64,000 nt of DNA, taken from IMG/VR virus record IMGVR_UViG_3300027754_000035; one strand, 5' to 3'. Shown in pieces: positions 9,673 to 20,198 of this stretch. The notes below the pieces were generated by a model, which saw nothing but the letters and a program-made list of their open reading frames with translations, was not told where the DNA came from and searched no databases. Each line of letters starts with the position of its first letter. The first letter of the stretch is position 1. The position numbers were made by a program, and so were the translations under genes. This DNA comes from a virus (Duplodnaviria; Caudoviricetes).

Positions 9673-9877
9673 ACTACATATTCAGCAAGTTATATTTGAC
9701 CTTTGCTATCATGGCAACGGCGGATTTTTTCCATCCGAAGTATACAGTTTACCTGTGTACCTTCGGAATTTTTATTACAAAAAATTGATAGAAGCCAAGG
9801 AAAATGAGGCAGCGTCACAAAAACAGTCTTCAAGTCAACCAAAGTCGGGTAAAATAGATAGACCTAGTTTCAGATAA
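9650..9877 (+). CDS. Start-less +1-frame ORF; probable frameshift extension of the tail chaperone
   Basis: 75 open codons (FGLTLEYKLHIQQVIFDLCYHGNGGFFPSEVYSLPVYLRNFYYKKL...) with no ATG; in-frame TGA at 9635; overlaps TTC TTT TGG of the upstream gene. Confidence 0.65.
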   Translation, partial: FGLTLEYKLHIQQVIFDLCYHGNGGFFPSEVYSLPVYLRNFYYKKLIEAKENEAASQKQSSSQPKSGKIDRPSFR

Positions 9878-9907
9878 CTAGATATTTATTAGTATAATAA
9901 GGACTAT

Positions 9908-12532
9908 ATGGCCGACTCGTATAAAAAAGAACTTGATGATCTTACTGCATCAGCGCAGCGAGAATTTAATAATATTCAAAAATCTGCGGCAAAATCTTTG
10001 GAGGAGTTGAGAAAAAAGACACAATCATATGCGTCATCGTGGAGTGAAGTTGGTAAAAAAATTACAGATTCACTTAGTCCTATTGCCAGTATCAATCGCA
10101 AAATCTCTGAGTTAGAAATTGAAAAAAGCAAGAGTGAACAGACATCGGAGCTACACCAGCGCACAATTGAAAATCTTAAGCAGAAGGAATTGGCAATTAC
10201 AGCTACCGATGCAAGACAGGTTGAATTACAGGCACTTTCTCAATCTGGATTGACGAAATCCCAAGAGCGGGAACTCAACCTTCTTGAAAAAAATAGTCAA
10301 CAGCGGCAAACCGGCCTCACGGCGATCCGGGACGCCGCCAAGGCAGAAGGAGAAAAGTTGGCGAAGGTCGCCGCACAAACTGCGCTCCTCAAAGCGCAAA
10401 TTGACACCCAACAAAAAAATGCGGCGATTTTGTCGTTCATAAAAGACACATTTAGTAAGATTTATCAGATGGCCGGTGATTATGATAAATTTTTGAGTGA
10501 TCAAGCAAAAATTCTTGGTGTCAGCAAAGACACAATCGATGCTCAATATCAATCGATTCAAAAAAACAACACGGCAACCGACTACAATTTGGCATCCAAT
10601 CGTCAAATTGTTGAGGCACAAACCAAGTTGGTACAAAGCTATGCAATTACTGGCCAGGCAGCAGAGTCGATTGCAACAAGCATTGCGCAAACAGCCAAGT
10701 CAACTGGTTTAACTGTTGATGAAGCAAGCAAACTTAACGAAACACTTGCTGAAATTGGTGGTACATCGTTGGACGCTCAGAAAAACATGGCGGGTTTTGC
10801 TATTCAAGCTGCTAAAGCTTATGGTGTTCCGCTCAATGTGTTGTTGAAAGACGTAATGAATTCTAGCAGTTCTGTGCGATTGATTTTTAAGGGTAACACC
10901 GAAGAGTTGATCAAACAAGCTGCTGAAGCAAGAAAGATCGGAACTAGTTTGGATGCTGCTGCAAAATCAGCCGAGGCATTGTTGGATTTTGAAAGTTCTA
11001 TTGGTGCCGAGCTAAAAGCAAGCGCATTGCTTGGTCAAAGTTTGAACTTCAACGAATCTCGTAGATTGGCATTTGCTGGAGATTTGATTGGTGCGGAAAA
11101 AGCATTGCAACTTGAAATTGAAAAGGTTGGTGATCTTGATAAATTAAATTATAATCAACGCAAGGCACTGTCTCAAGCAACTGGTAAACCAATTGAAGAA
11201 CTACAAAAGATTGAGACACAAAAGAAAAATCAATTGGAGATTGAAAAGCGATTTCCGCAAGAAGCCGCCAAGTTGCGAAAATTGCAAGAAGAGCTAAACA
11301 CGATGCAAAAGAAAAGCAAAGAAGATCGTGACGCTGAGTACAAGAAAATGTTGGATCAACAAAAAGTTGAAGCAGAAAGCGCACTTCTGAATCAGGCCAA
11401 GGTAAAGGCAATGGATCGTATCGGTCAAGTTCTAAAACCAATTTATGAAAAGATCAACCAGATCCAAGCTGCATTTTACGAATTCGTCGCAGGCCTGGAC
11501 AAAGGTTGGATCATAGGGGGTCTCATATTAACCACATTCGTTGGGATTGGTATTGCAGTTGGCGGCGCAGCCCTCCAGATTTATCTGTTGGGTAAATTTG
11601 GTGGTAAAGCAGCAGAACTTTTGGGAGGAGGTGTAGGCAAGGGCTTGATGCGTCTGTCTGCCGGAGTTCGTACTCTTGGTAAATCTCTTCAAACATTTCC
11701 AGTTGGAAAGCTTATTGGTATAGCAGCAGCACTTGCTATAGTATCTTTGGCAGCTATTGGATTTGCAACCGCATTTCAAATGATGCGAGAAGTAACCTTT
11801 GGTGATGCCGCATTGCTTGTTGGCTCGTTGACCGCCATAAGTCTTGTATTATTTGTTATGGCCAACGCGGTAACCGCTGCGGCACCTGGGTTTGGAATAT
11901 TGATAGGTGTTATGCTAGGAGTGGCTCTCGCTGCTGTGGGAGTTGGATATGCCATATCGCTGACAACTCCTGCAATCACCGCCGTAGGTGCAGCACTAAC
12001 AGCTTCGGTACCAGTATTTGCAACGATGCTTAGTATTTTTATGGCACTACCTGTGGTGGTGCTGAGTGTGGCAGCAGCATTGATTGGACTAGCATTGGCG
12101 AGTCCAGGATTGCTTGGTGCTGCGATCGGTATTGGTGCTGTAGGTGCTGCTATGGTTGCGTTGGGCGTCACACTAGCATTGTTTCCAACCAGTGAGCTAA
12201 CACGCATTACAACTCAATTGGTGGCCCTTAGTGAAGCAGCAGCTGGTATTGGTGTTGCCGCAGCGTCATTGAAGCAATTGTCTGGAATTGAGCTACCAAA
12301 AATTGATATTGGTGGATTAGCAGCAGTTAGTCTGCTGGGTGGCGGCGGCAAAAAAGAAGAAAACAGTGAAATTAAAGCTGGTTTGGAAGCTCTTGGTGCA
12401 AAATTTGATGCGTTGACCAACATGATGGCCAGCGGCGGCATTGTGGTCAATTTAGATGGTACCAAAGTCAACAACGCTTTGGCACGAAGTGCATCAACAA
12501 GAGGTGCATACGGCCAAGCAACAATCGCTTGA
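9908..12532 (+). CDS. Tape measure protein
   Basis: 874 aa, helical coiled-coil then Ala/Gly/Leu hydrophobic helices; follows the chaperone genes. Confidence 0.85.
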   Translation: MADSYKKELDDLTASAQREFNNIQKSAAKSLEELRKKTQSYASSWSEVGKKITDSLSPIASINRKISELEIEKSKSEQTSELHQRTIENLKQKELAITATDARQVELQALSQSGLTKSQERELNLLEKNSQQRQTGLTAIRDAAKAEGEKLAKVAAQTALLKAQIDTQQKNAAILSFIKDTFSKIYQMAGDYDKFLSDQAKILGVSKDTIDAQYQSIQKNNTATDYNLASNRQIVEAQTKLVQSYAITGQAAESIATSIAQTAKSTGLTVDEASKLNETLAEIGGTSLDAQKNMAGFAIQAAKAYGVPLNVLLKDVMNSSSSVRLIFKGNTEELIKQAAEARKIGTSLDAAAKSAEALLDFESSIGAELKASALLGQSLNFNESRRLAFAGDLIGAEKALQLEIEKVGDLDKLNYNQRKALSQATGKPIEELQKIETQKKNQLEIEKRFPQEAAKLRKLQEELNTMQKKSKEDRDAEYKKMLDQQKVEAESALLNQAKVKAMDRIGQVLKPIYEKINQIQAAFYEFVAGLDKGWIIGGLILTTFVGIGIAVGGAALQIYLLGKFGGKAAELLGGGVGKGLMRLSAGVRTLGKSLQTFPVGKLIGIAAALAIVSLAAIGFATAFQMMREVTFGDAALLVGSLTAISLVLFVMANAVTAAAPGFGILIGVMLGVALAAVGVGYAISLTTPAITAVGAALTASVPVFATMLSIFMALPVVVLSVAAALIGLALASPGLLGAAIGIGAVGAAMVALGVTLALFPTSELTRITTQLVALSEAAAGIGVAAASLKQLSGIELPKIDIGGLAAVSLLGGGGKKEENSEIKAGLEALGAKFDALTNMMASGGIVVNLDGTKVNNALARSASTRGAYGQATIA

Positions 12533-12550
12533 TAACCCTATTTATATACA

Positions 12551-15055
12551 ATGGCAAATAGCAATACATTCGTTGACGGGTTCACATCAGGCGGTGAACA
12601 AGTTACCACACTATCGCAAGTGCAAGGTGCTGGTCTTACTATACCATCTGGTGATTTTATCAATGTTCGTGCTCCTGGCAAACTAGAAATGCTTTTCAAT
12701 AGCAACGGCAATGCAGCCAAGCTATATAGCATCAATAAACCAGATGATGTGGGTTTGGCAGATGCGTTGAAGCGTCGCTATGACTACAAAAATCCAAATC
12801 AAGGTCAAGCCAGTCGAGTTACGAGTATGGTTGGGTTTGCTGCACAAGACGCCAATTTGGTCAGAAAGTTTTTGGGATCTGGACCGGGTACTCGTTTTAT
12901 AACCAAACAATTGGTGCTACAAGGATTTCAAGCATTTGATGAAACCAAAGTTTATAATCCAGCATCACCATTGATTGCTGCTATTAAACCCGCTTCATTT
13001 GGTGTATTGGATAGACCAACACGACACGTAGACACCAGCAACATTATTGGTGGTATTATCAACGGAGTTGGTCTGGGTAGTGTAGTATCCACCATCGGAG
13101 CATTGGCTGGTGGCGCACCAGCACAACCACCACCACCACGCTCATCTGTTGCAAGCACAGCAAGCAATGGTTTGGGTCTCAGCACACTCACCAGTTTTAT
13201 AGGTGGTGGTGATCGAACCAGCGAGGTTGTGACACCAATTGCCCGTGGTGATGTAAAAGACTTGTTGCGTGGACAAACGGCAACCAATGCGTACAACGCA
13301 CCACGTTATGCTCGACTTGTAAATAATTCAGGCGGCGGATTTTTCAGCAGATTGGTTGGTTCTGTGGGATCATTTTTTCAAAACAATACGGTTGTTGGAG
13401 GTATTCTACCACCAAAGCAACCTTGGGCATCAAAGTATCGTGCCGATGAAGAAACATACGATCTGATGTTGAATGCTGGTAAATTGTTTGATCCAAATGC
13501 AACGGGTATTGGTGGTGGTGGAATCATGAGCGGGTTGTTGAATTCAATTGGATTTGGAAAAAAGGCCAATTATTCACAAAAAGTAAACCAGCGTTTTTAT
13601 GCAACCAGCAAAAATGTACCAGACTATAACCGATTGGTTATTGTTGGTAATTCATACCAATCAAGTGCGAAATCTGTAACAACAAATGCAACAGATAAAG
13701 TGGGTATGTACGCAGGAGCAGTACCATTCACAGCCAACAATATCACCACGGATTCGATTAGCAGCAACGTTAAAAAGAACTCATTACGATATGGTGATGT
13801 TGTGGTATCCAATCTTAATGAAGAACGTAGCGATCAGCTTCTAAACTACAAAACGCTAACCAAAAATCTAAAAGATTTCAAAGATCAATTTGCGACAGGA
13901 GTGGATGAACGGGTGCGAAAGATAGAACTTGATCTAAATAATGTTATCACAGCTATTGGCGGAGCAATCCCAGAAAAATACCAGATTCTTGATGAGAATA
14001 CCAAGTACATAAAACCACTACAATTTGCCAGGTTCAATACTGTTAATGTTGGTGCTGCTCAAGTTGCGGAGATTGGTGACAATAAAGATCAAAATTATGT
14101 TGCTAAATTTCGCCAACCCGGCAATAAAATGCCGACTCGTTTGGGTAAGGACGCCAAAGCCGATAGATTTATTCGTCCAACCAACAATGTGGATTATGTA
14201 AATTCACTGGAAGTATTGTTGCCAGATCAATTTGATGCACTGTATACACAGCAGGCCAATGGTTATGGCCCTGATATCATCAAATTTTACTTTTATGATA
14301 TTGTCAACAAAAAGTATATACCGTTCAATGCCACAATAAAAAGTTTGAGTGACAACAACGCTGCGGAGTGGGAAACTGTTGAGTATTTGGGCCGCCCAGA
14401 TAAATTAAAATACTACAAAGGGTTCACTCGTAGTGTCAGCTTTAATTTTACAGTCAATGCACACAGTATCAAGGAACTGATGCCAATGTGGAATCGAATC
14501 AACTATTTGACTGGTTTAACTCGACCAGCAAATTATACAAATCAAGCAGCAGGTGGATTCATGGTCTCACCAATGGTACAACTAACACTGGGCGATTTTT
14601 ACAAAAATCATAACGTTACAATCAACAGTTGCAACGTAACAATTCCAGAAGATGCAAGTTGGGAAACCATACCCGAGGAGAAAAATACCACGGATGGTTG
14701 GTATTATGGACCCAACGGTGCAATCAAGTGGGATTATGATACTACAATGTTGCATAGTATAGACACAAATGGTGTGATTGAAAATCGTGGTAATTCAAAA
14801 GGAAGGGTAGCACAATTTCCAAGAACAGCAGAAATTCAGATTGAAATGAGTGTGTTGGAAAAAGATCGTCCAAAAACGGGTCGTGGCATCTGGGGTGATG
14901 CTCCAGTTCCAGTCGTGGATGGCGTTGACGTTATTGGGACTGTTGATAACAACGGAGCGGTCACATATAATCTCAAAAATAATTTTTCTACGTATATACG
15001 ATATGACAATGATATAGCATCATTTGCACAATATAGTAAGGGGCAACAACCATGA
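12551..15055 (+). CDS. Baseplate/tail-tube initiator protein (gp48-like domain near C-terminus)
   Basis: YIPFNATIKSLSDNNAAEWETVEYLGRPD..YYKGFTRSVSFNFTV; position after the tape measure gene. Confidence 0.6.
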   Translation: MANSNTFVDGFTSGGEQVTTLSQVQGAGLTIPSGDFINVRAPGKLEMLFNSNGNAAKLYSINKPDDVGLADALKRRYDYKNPNQGQASRVTSMVGFAAQDANLVRKFLGSGPGTRFITKQLVLQGFQAFDETKVYNPASPLIAAIKPASFGVLDRPTRHVDTSNIIGGIINGVGLGSVVSTIGALAGGAPAQPPPPRSSVASTASNGLGLSTLTSFIGGGDRTSEVVTPIARGDVKDLLRGQTATNAYNAPRYARLVNNSGGGFFSRLVGSVGSFFQNNTVVGGILPPKQPWASKYRADEETYDLMLNAGKLFDPNATGIGGGGIMSGLLNSIGFGKKANYSQKVNQRFYATSKNVPDYNRLVIVGNSYQSSAKSVTTNATDKVGMYAGAVPFTANNITTDSISSNVKKNSLRYGDVVVSNLNEERSDQLLNYKTLTKNLKDFKDQFATGVDERVRKIELDLNNVITAIGGAIPEKYQILDENTKYIKPLQFARFNTVNVGAAQVAEIGDNKDQNYVAKFRQPGNKMPTRLGKDAKADRFIRPTNNVDYVNSLEVLLPDQFDALYTQQANGYGPDIIKFYFYDIVNKKYIPFNATIKSLSDNNAAEWETVEYLGRPDKLKYYKGFTRSVSFNFTVNAHSIKELMPMWNRINYLTGLTRPANYTNQAAGGFMVSPMVQLTLGDFYKNHNVTINSCNVTIPEDASWETIPEEKNTTDGWYYGPNGAIKWDYDTTMLHSIDTNGVIENRGNSKGRVAQFPRTAEIQIEMSVLEKDRPKTGRGIWGDAPVPVVDGVDVIGTVDNNGAVTYNLKNNFSTYIRYDNDIASFAQYSKGQQP

Positions 15056-15345
15056 GATATCAATATACGCCGATCAATAATAGATACGATGGTAGCAAGG
15101 TCTATAGAACCACATATTATCCTGTGATTCCTAATGATCCATCCGACACATATATTATTGCCAGCGAGCAACAATATCTTGACAGTTTGGCAAAAAAGTA
15201 TTATGGTGATGAACAGTATTGGTGGGTTATCGCAAATGCAAACAATTTTGGCAATGGACGATTGTCTATACCAGTTGGCAAGCAATTGCGTATTCCAGGT
15301 AATTTACCAGTAATCATGCAACTTTTGAGAACGTTAAATGCGTAA
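15052..15345 (+). CDS. LysM-like baseplate wedge protein (T4 gp53/P2 gpX-like)
   Basis: LDSLAKKYYGDEQYWWVIANAN and GKQLRIP. Confidence 0.75.
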   Translation: MRYQYTPINNRYDGSKVYRTTYYPVIPNDPSDTYIIASEQQYLDSLAKKYYGDEQYWWVIANANNFGNGRLSIPVGKQLRIPGNLPVIMQLLRTLNA

Positions 15346-15348
15346 GTT

Positions 15349-18300
15349 ATGGCAACACCAAAAACAGATTTAAGTAACACCCCAAGCTGGGCAACACCTC
15401 GCACAGGCGAGATTCGTGAAGAAATTCGTTGGTGGGAAGCCCAAAATATTCCGTGGCAAATTGTGCGAGAATTGCGTCGCAGAAGCAGCAATGTAAATCA
15501 TGGTCAGTATGCAACTGTGAATGTTGTGACTGATTTCAAAAATCAACATGAAAAATACAGAGGACCACTTACTCCTTGGGTACGAGCATTTTCAAATGGA
15601 ACCGGCAACGTCGTAAATCAAACAATACCAACCAGCACATATTTGTACAAGAATGGACAACTACCTGCGTATAGGGGATTTTTGTTGCAAGGTGGTGACG
15701 GATTTGATAATGCTTATGGTTACAAGCGTCAAGGAAATGTGTTGGTGGAAGACAAAGCAATCATTGGATATCAATCCGATGGTGCTCCACATTACATAGA
15801 CCCCAAGTATAGAACTGCATATTCGTATAATAATCAAGACAACAATCCCCAATTTCCTCAAAATTCAGCGGTACCTTCAGTTTTGCCGCCGCCTGGTATT
15901 ACGTCTGTACAAGTCAGAACCAACAAGGATATGATGAGCACAGCAACCATTCAGTGGAAATGTTATGGTCTGGCCCAACTGGAATACATGATGCCATTTT
16001 GGCTGAGTCCCAAAATCAATGTATTTTTGGAGTTTGGTTGGAATTTATACAACAATGCGTCGTTGTTGGAGTTGAATAATGAGAATAAATGTTACGAGTT
16101 GATACTGCGACCAGAACTGGCATTGGAGCAGTATTACAACAGTTTTGGTAATTATGGATTAATAACGGGCATCATTAGTAAATATAATTTCAGTACAGAT
16201 GACGGGTTTGTATACACATGTAATACCGATATTATCAGTCGTCAGGCCATGTATTCTGGTTTTCGTGTGGATAATCCAACGGTCACTGACAACCAAGATG
16301 GTACCACCACAGAATATGTAGATTTCAAAGAATGTTTAACCACATATTTACCATTTATCAAGCAAGTTGTTGAAAATCGTGCCAACTACATGGATTACAT
16401 CATCAAAAATGCTGATAAACTACTCGCAACAAATAAAAAGGGTGCCAAGGATAAACAAAAGAGTGCTCAATTAGCAACAATGTTGCGTGTGCAACCAGAT
16501 AATAAAGATCCGCTCAACATATTTTACAATGGTAAACCCGAGAATCGAATTTTTATGGGTAGGTATGAGAGTGTGTATGGAAACCGTAAGTTACCAATAG
16601 CAGGCCAAACTGCTGGTCAAATGGATGCCGCCCGAGCGAGCCAAAATTTTGCCGGTGGTCTGGGTGGTGCGTATATACAACCACAGACATATACACAAAC
16701 TCCTAGCATCAGTGGTGTTATCAAATATGGCTCCACCACGTCGGCCAAGTGGGCTGGCCGTGAAATTATTTCATTTGCCGACAAGGATACTGACTTTGAT
16801 TTTGTGGAAGATGGCAACGACGAGGTTTGGTTCCAGATGGATTTTGTATTTGAATTACTCAATTTATTTTGTTCCGAGAAGACAACCAAGAACAACAAAA
16901 TTGATATTTCGGATTTTATTGTTAGTGCGCACCCAAATTTAATTTCGTGTGATCGAGATGTGTTGATCCCAAATTCTATTGCTCCCAAAATCAATATGGG
17001 GCGACAGCCTCGGACTGCAACCGAGACTCGCCCAGGCCAAGACGGTTATTTAGATAGCGTGGATGCAACATCCAACCCGTTCTTGACACAATACTATGCT
17101 AGTGACTATACGCTTGCCATCGCCGCCGGAGAGACAGCGGAAAAATCCACAACAAACAGTGCAGTAAATAATGTTGATTCTGGTATTTGGCGAGCAGCAA
17201 GAAAGGCAAGAACCACATTCAAGACTCTCGGCTCACCCCGTGATGATTTAGATAGTTTGATCAACAAGCTGTACTATCAAATTAGTGGTCCAGACGTAGG
17301 TACAGCAGCATTTCCTTTCAAGGAAAAGAAAGTAATAGGTACCCGAACCTATCAAGCATATTACCACGGATATTTCAAACATATATACATCAGCAAAAGC
17401 AAACTAATTGAGATTGGTAAAGATGGATCAATTAAAACCTTGCAGCAGATGGTCAACAAGATTCTGAATGTAATCAACGAATCGGTAGACAATTTTTGGA
17501 AGTTTGAAGTAGTGGAAAATCCACAAGGTGGTATGGCGATCATTGATAAAAATTTAATTATGCCACAAGGTACCAATCTTTATCAATTTGATATTGGTTC
17601 AACCAGTGGTGTGATCAAAAAGTTTAGTTTTGATGTAAACATGACCAACGAACAAGTCAATCAAGTATTGTATGGTAGTGGTCAAAATGCTGCTAATATT
17701 GCAAATGAAGTCACCAAGGTCGCCGGTGATCCGGCGACCACACTTGATCAAAAACGAATCAAGATTACTCAAATAGGTTGCGGAATTCCGGCGATTGCAT
17801 TCACAGACAGATTTGAATCTCGTCAGTTGCGGGACACGATTGCTAAAAAATTGGAACAACTTGACAAGGAGGAAAAGCTCGCACAAAACAAACCAAATGC
17901 TACTACATCGCCCCCACAAGATAACGATAGGGTACCCCACGGTCCAATCGTTGATAAAAATGAAGCGATTCGTCAATTACAAACGCATGGTAAACAAAGT
18001 GATGATGTGTTGGTTATGCGTATTCGGGCAAAAACCGCCAACGAAGATATTTATGCACCGATTGAAGAAAGTAGTTATAAAACACAAATACTAGGAATTT
18101 CTAATCCGTTTTCTGGAACAGTTAAAACGTCATCCGCACTATTTGGTTGGGTATATTTGAATTTACCCGGCAGCATGAAAGGTAAACTACGTGAAATGTT
18201 GGATGATGGTGATACCAAAAACAACACGGCCCGTTATGCTGGACCAGCGGATAACTTTACACTATCATTGACACTTGATGGTATTATGGGTTTTCGTATG

Positions 18301-18468
18301 TTCCAACACTTTTCGGTTTCCAATTTACCAAAACCATATGTGCCGGGTAATGTAATATTTATGGTCACCGAAGTTGAGCATCAACTCAATGCTGGTAAGT
18401 GGGAAACTGTGGTAACCGCACTGTTGAAACCAGCCAATGATAGGTTGTTCAATTATATACCTATATGA
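15349..18468 (+). CDS. Large baseplate hub-like protein
   Basis: 1039 aa after the LysM-like gene; PPPGITSVQV, VFLEFGWN, ITGIISKYNF; C-terminal FMVTEVEHQLNAGKWETVVT beta-barrel-type motif. Confidence 0.55.
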   Translation: MATPKTDLSNTPSWATPRTGEIREEIRWWEAQNIPWQIVRELRRRSSNVNHGQYATVNVVTDFKNQHEKYRGPLTPWVRAFSNGTGNVVNQTIPTSTYLYKNGQLPAYRGFLLQGGDGFDNAYGYKRQGNVLVEDKAIIGYQSDGAPHYIDPKYRTAYSYNNQDNNPQFPQNSAVPSVLPPPGITSVQVRTNKDMMSTATIQWKCYGLAQLEYMMPFWLSPKINVFLEFGWNLYNNASLLELNNENKCYELILRPELALEQYYNSFGNYGLITGIISKYNFSTDDGFVYTCNTDIISRQAMYSGFRVDNPTVTDNQDGTTTEYVDFKECLTTYLPFIKQVVENRANYMDYIIKNADKLLATNKKGAKDKQKSAQLATMLRVQPDNKDPLNIFYNGKPENRIFMGRYESVYGNRKLPIAGQTAGQMDAARASQNFAGGLGGAYIQPQTYTQTPSISGVIKYGSTTSAKWAGREIISFADKDTDFDFVEDGNDEVWFQMDFVFELLNLFCSEKTTKNNKIDISDFIVSAHPNLISCDRDVLIPNSIAPKINMGRQPRTATETRPGQDGYLDSVDATSNPFLTQYYASDYTLAIAAGETAEKSTTNSAVNNVDSGIWRAARKARTTFKTLGSPRDDLDSLINKLYYQISGPDVGTAAFPFKEKKVIGTRTYQAYYHGYFKHIYISKSKLIEIGKDGSIKTLQQMVNKILNVINESVDNFWKFEVVENPQGGMAIIDKNLIMPQGTNLYQFDIGSTSGVIKKFSFDVNMTNEQVNQVLYGSGQNAANIANEVTKVAGDPATTLDQKRIKITQIGCGIPAIAFTDRFESRQLRDTIAKKLEQLDKEEKLAQNKPNATTSPPQDNDRVPHGPIVDKNEAIRQLQTHGKQSDDVLVMRIRAKTANEDIYAPIEESSYKTQILGISNPFSGTVKTSSALFGWVYLNLPGSMKGKLREMLDDGDTKNNTARYAGPADNFTLSLTLDGIMGFRMFQHFSVSNLPKPYVPGNVIFMVTEVEHQLNAGKWETVVTALLKPANDRLFNYIPI

Positions 18469-18851
18469 TATTAGATACCGATTTAACTTTGAAAAATCGT
18501 CTGGGGTTGGACAATTTTAACTTTATGATACCTGCTACGTATTTTCCTACACCAAATAAGAACAATTACGATGATGGTTCATTTGTTCGGTATTTTATCA
18601 ACAAACGCAACCAAAATCAAATCATTGAAACAAATGCCAGAGACTACTCTGCTACAAATGATTGGTTTTTTATCAAGGGCGAATTAACTTGGCAACTTAC
18701 GGGTGTGCGCAATAACCAGTACAATGGTAAGATGTTGGTGGAGCCTGGTGTTGAAGAATACAACATTATTCAGATCAACAATCTCAAAAAAACAATGCCT
18801 GGCATTGAGAATATATTAACCAACCCAGTACAGTTTTGGCAAGGTTATTAA
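18465..18851 (+). CDS. Hypothetical protein (baseplate module)
   Basis: ATGA-coupled to the hub gene; FPTPNKNNY..GSFVRYF. Confidence 0.5.
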   Translation: MILDTDLTLKNRLGLDNFNFMIPATYFPTPNKNNYDDGSFVRYFINKRNQNQIIETNARDYSATNDWFFIKGELTWQLTGVRNNQYNGKMLVEPGVEEYNIIQINNLKKTMPGIENILTNPVQFWQGY

Positions 18852-18856
18852 CAAAG

Positions 18857-18884
18857 TTGACTTTCGCAGAAATTCTGATACACT
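18857..18884 (+). promoter_or_regulatory. Sigma70-like promoter with extended -10
   Basis: TTGACT-16 nt-TACACT with TGn; GTG start 6 nt after the -10. Confidence 0.6.
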
Positions 18885-18890
18885 CAGAAT

Positions 18891-20177
18891 GTGCAGGAAC
18901 AGTCTAAAATTTACATCAAGTTGATTTTGCGAGATGGATATGTGCATCCATCGCAAGACACTCCTATTGCTGCGTTTCTCTACAACTACAATACACAGAC
19001 CAGAGAATACTATAATTTCGCACATCCCGATGTAATCAGCAATAGTACATTCAAACAGTTCAAACAACTGATTGTGAATAAAAAGGTGTATGTTCGCAAC
19101 AAAAAACGCAATCGATATCATCTTAATGATATTGATCTTTACGATGTGAACCTGTTTCCATTTCTAAAAAGTGGAGATATTATTGAAACGTCGGATCATC
19201 TTTTCACATCACATTTGCGCATGACGCATCACAAGATCAAAGATACAAACATTATTGTGCCGTATGCAATTCACCAAAATGAATTTGACGATGAAATTTT
19301 TGTGGTAAAAGATTTTGATTCTGAGAAGACTGATAGTTACTGTTACAAATTTTTCAACAACATTGTTAGTGATACATTGTTTGAGGTAGAAAAGAATGGA
19401 CTTCAAATTGATACCAAGATATTCACAACACACTTTGATGCCAAGGTTCGCAACAACATGGTGTACAGTGAGTACAACATTTACAATCCAACTGGTCGGC
19501 CCAGCAACCGATTCGACAATGTAAACTATGTGGCTCTCAACAAAGAAGATGGATGTCGAGCTAGTTTTGTATCACGATATACCAATGGAAAATTGTTGTT
19601 GGTAGACTTCACTGGGTTTCATCCATATATTGTTGCCAATTTGACTGGCTACAAAGTGCCTGACAACGAAACTGTGTATGAGCACTTGGCAAAACAATAC
19701 TATGGTGTTGATGTGGTCAGCAAGGAACTATTGGGTAAATCCAAGAAACTCACAATGGTCAATCTGTATGGTCAAATATCCAAACAATACATACAAATAC
19801 CTTATTTTACACAGACCGAAGAATTGAAGGAAAAATACTGGACAACGTTTATAGAAAAGGGATATGTAAAAACTCCGATTTATAAGCGCAAGATCACCGC
19901 AAACCATATCTCGGATCCCAATAAAAATAAGCTATTTGCATACATAATTCAGGCCACCGAAACTGAATATGGTCTCAATAGTTTGAGTAATTGCCTCAAG
20001 TATGTATTTGGTAAACCAATCACTCCGATTTTCTATATCTACGATAGTGTGGTGTTTGACATAGCCGATACCGTGAACCAAGCCGAAATCGACGAGTTGG
20101 TGAATATTATCAAGAATAGACGATTCAAGGTCAAGGTATATATGGGAAATAATTACAATGATTTGGCATTAGTCTGA
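18891..20177 (+). CDS. Truncated, divergent family-A DNA polymerase
   Basis: TGRPSN..NYVALNK..GCRASF, motif A LLLVDFTGFHP, motif B KKLTMVNLYG, motif C FYIYDSVVFD. Confidence 0.75.
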   Translation: MQEQSKIYIKLILRDGYVHPSQDTPIAAFLYNYNTQTREYYNFAHPDVISNSTFKQFKQLIVNKKVYVRNKKRNRYHLNDIDLYDVNLFPFLKSGDIIETSDHLFTSHLRMTHHKIKDTNIIVPYAIHQNEFDDEIFVVKDFDSEKTDSYCYKFFNNIVSDTLFEVEKNGLQIDTKIFTTHFDAKVRNNMVYSEYNIYNPTGRPSNRFDNVNYVALNKEDGCRASFVSRYTNGKLLLVDFTGFHPYIVANLTGYKVPDNETVYEHLAKQYYGVDVVSKELLGKSKKLTMVNLYGQISKQYIQIPYFTQTEELKEKYWTTFIEKGYVKTPIYKRKITANHISDPNKNKLFAYIIQATETEYGLNSLSNCLKYVFGKPITPIFYIYDSVVFDIADTVNQAEIDELVNIIKNRRFKVKVYMGNNYNDLALV

Positions 20178-20198
20178 AGTCAAACATATTTATAATTG

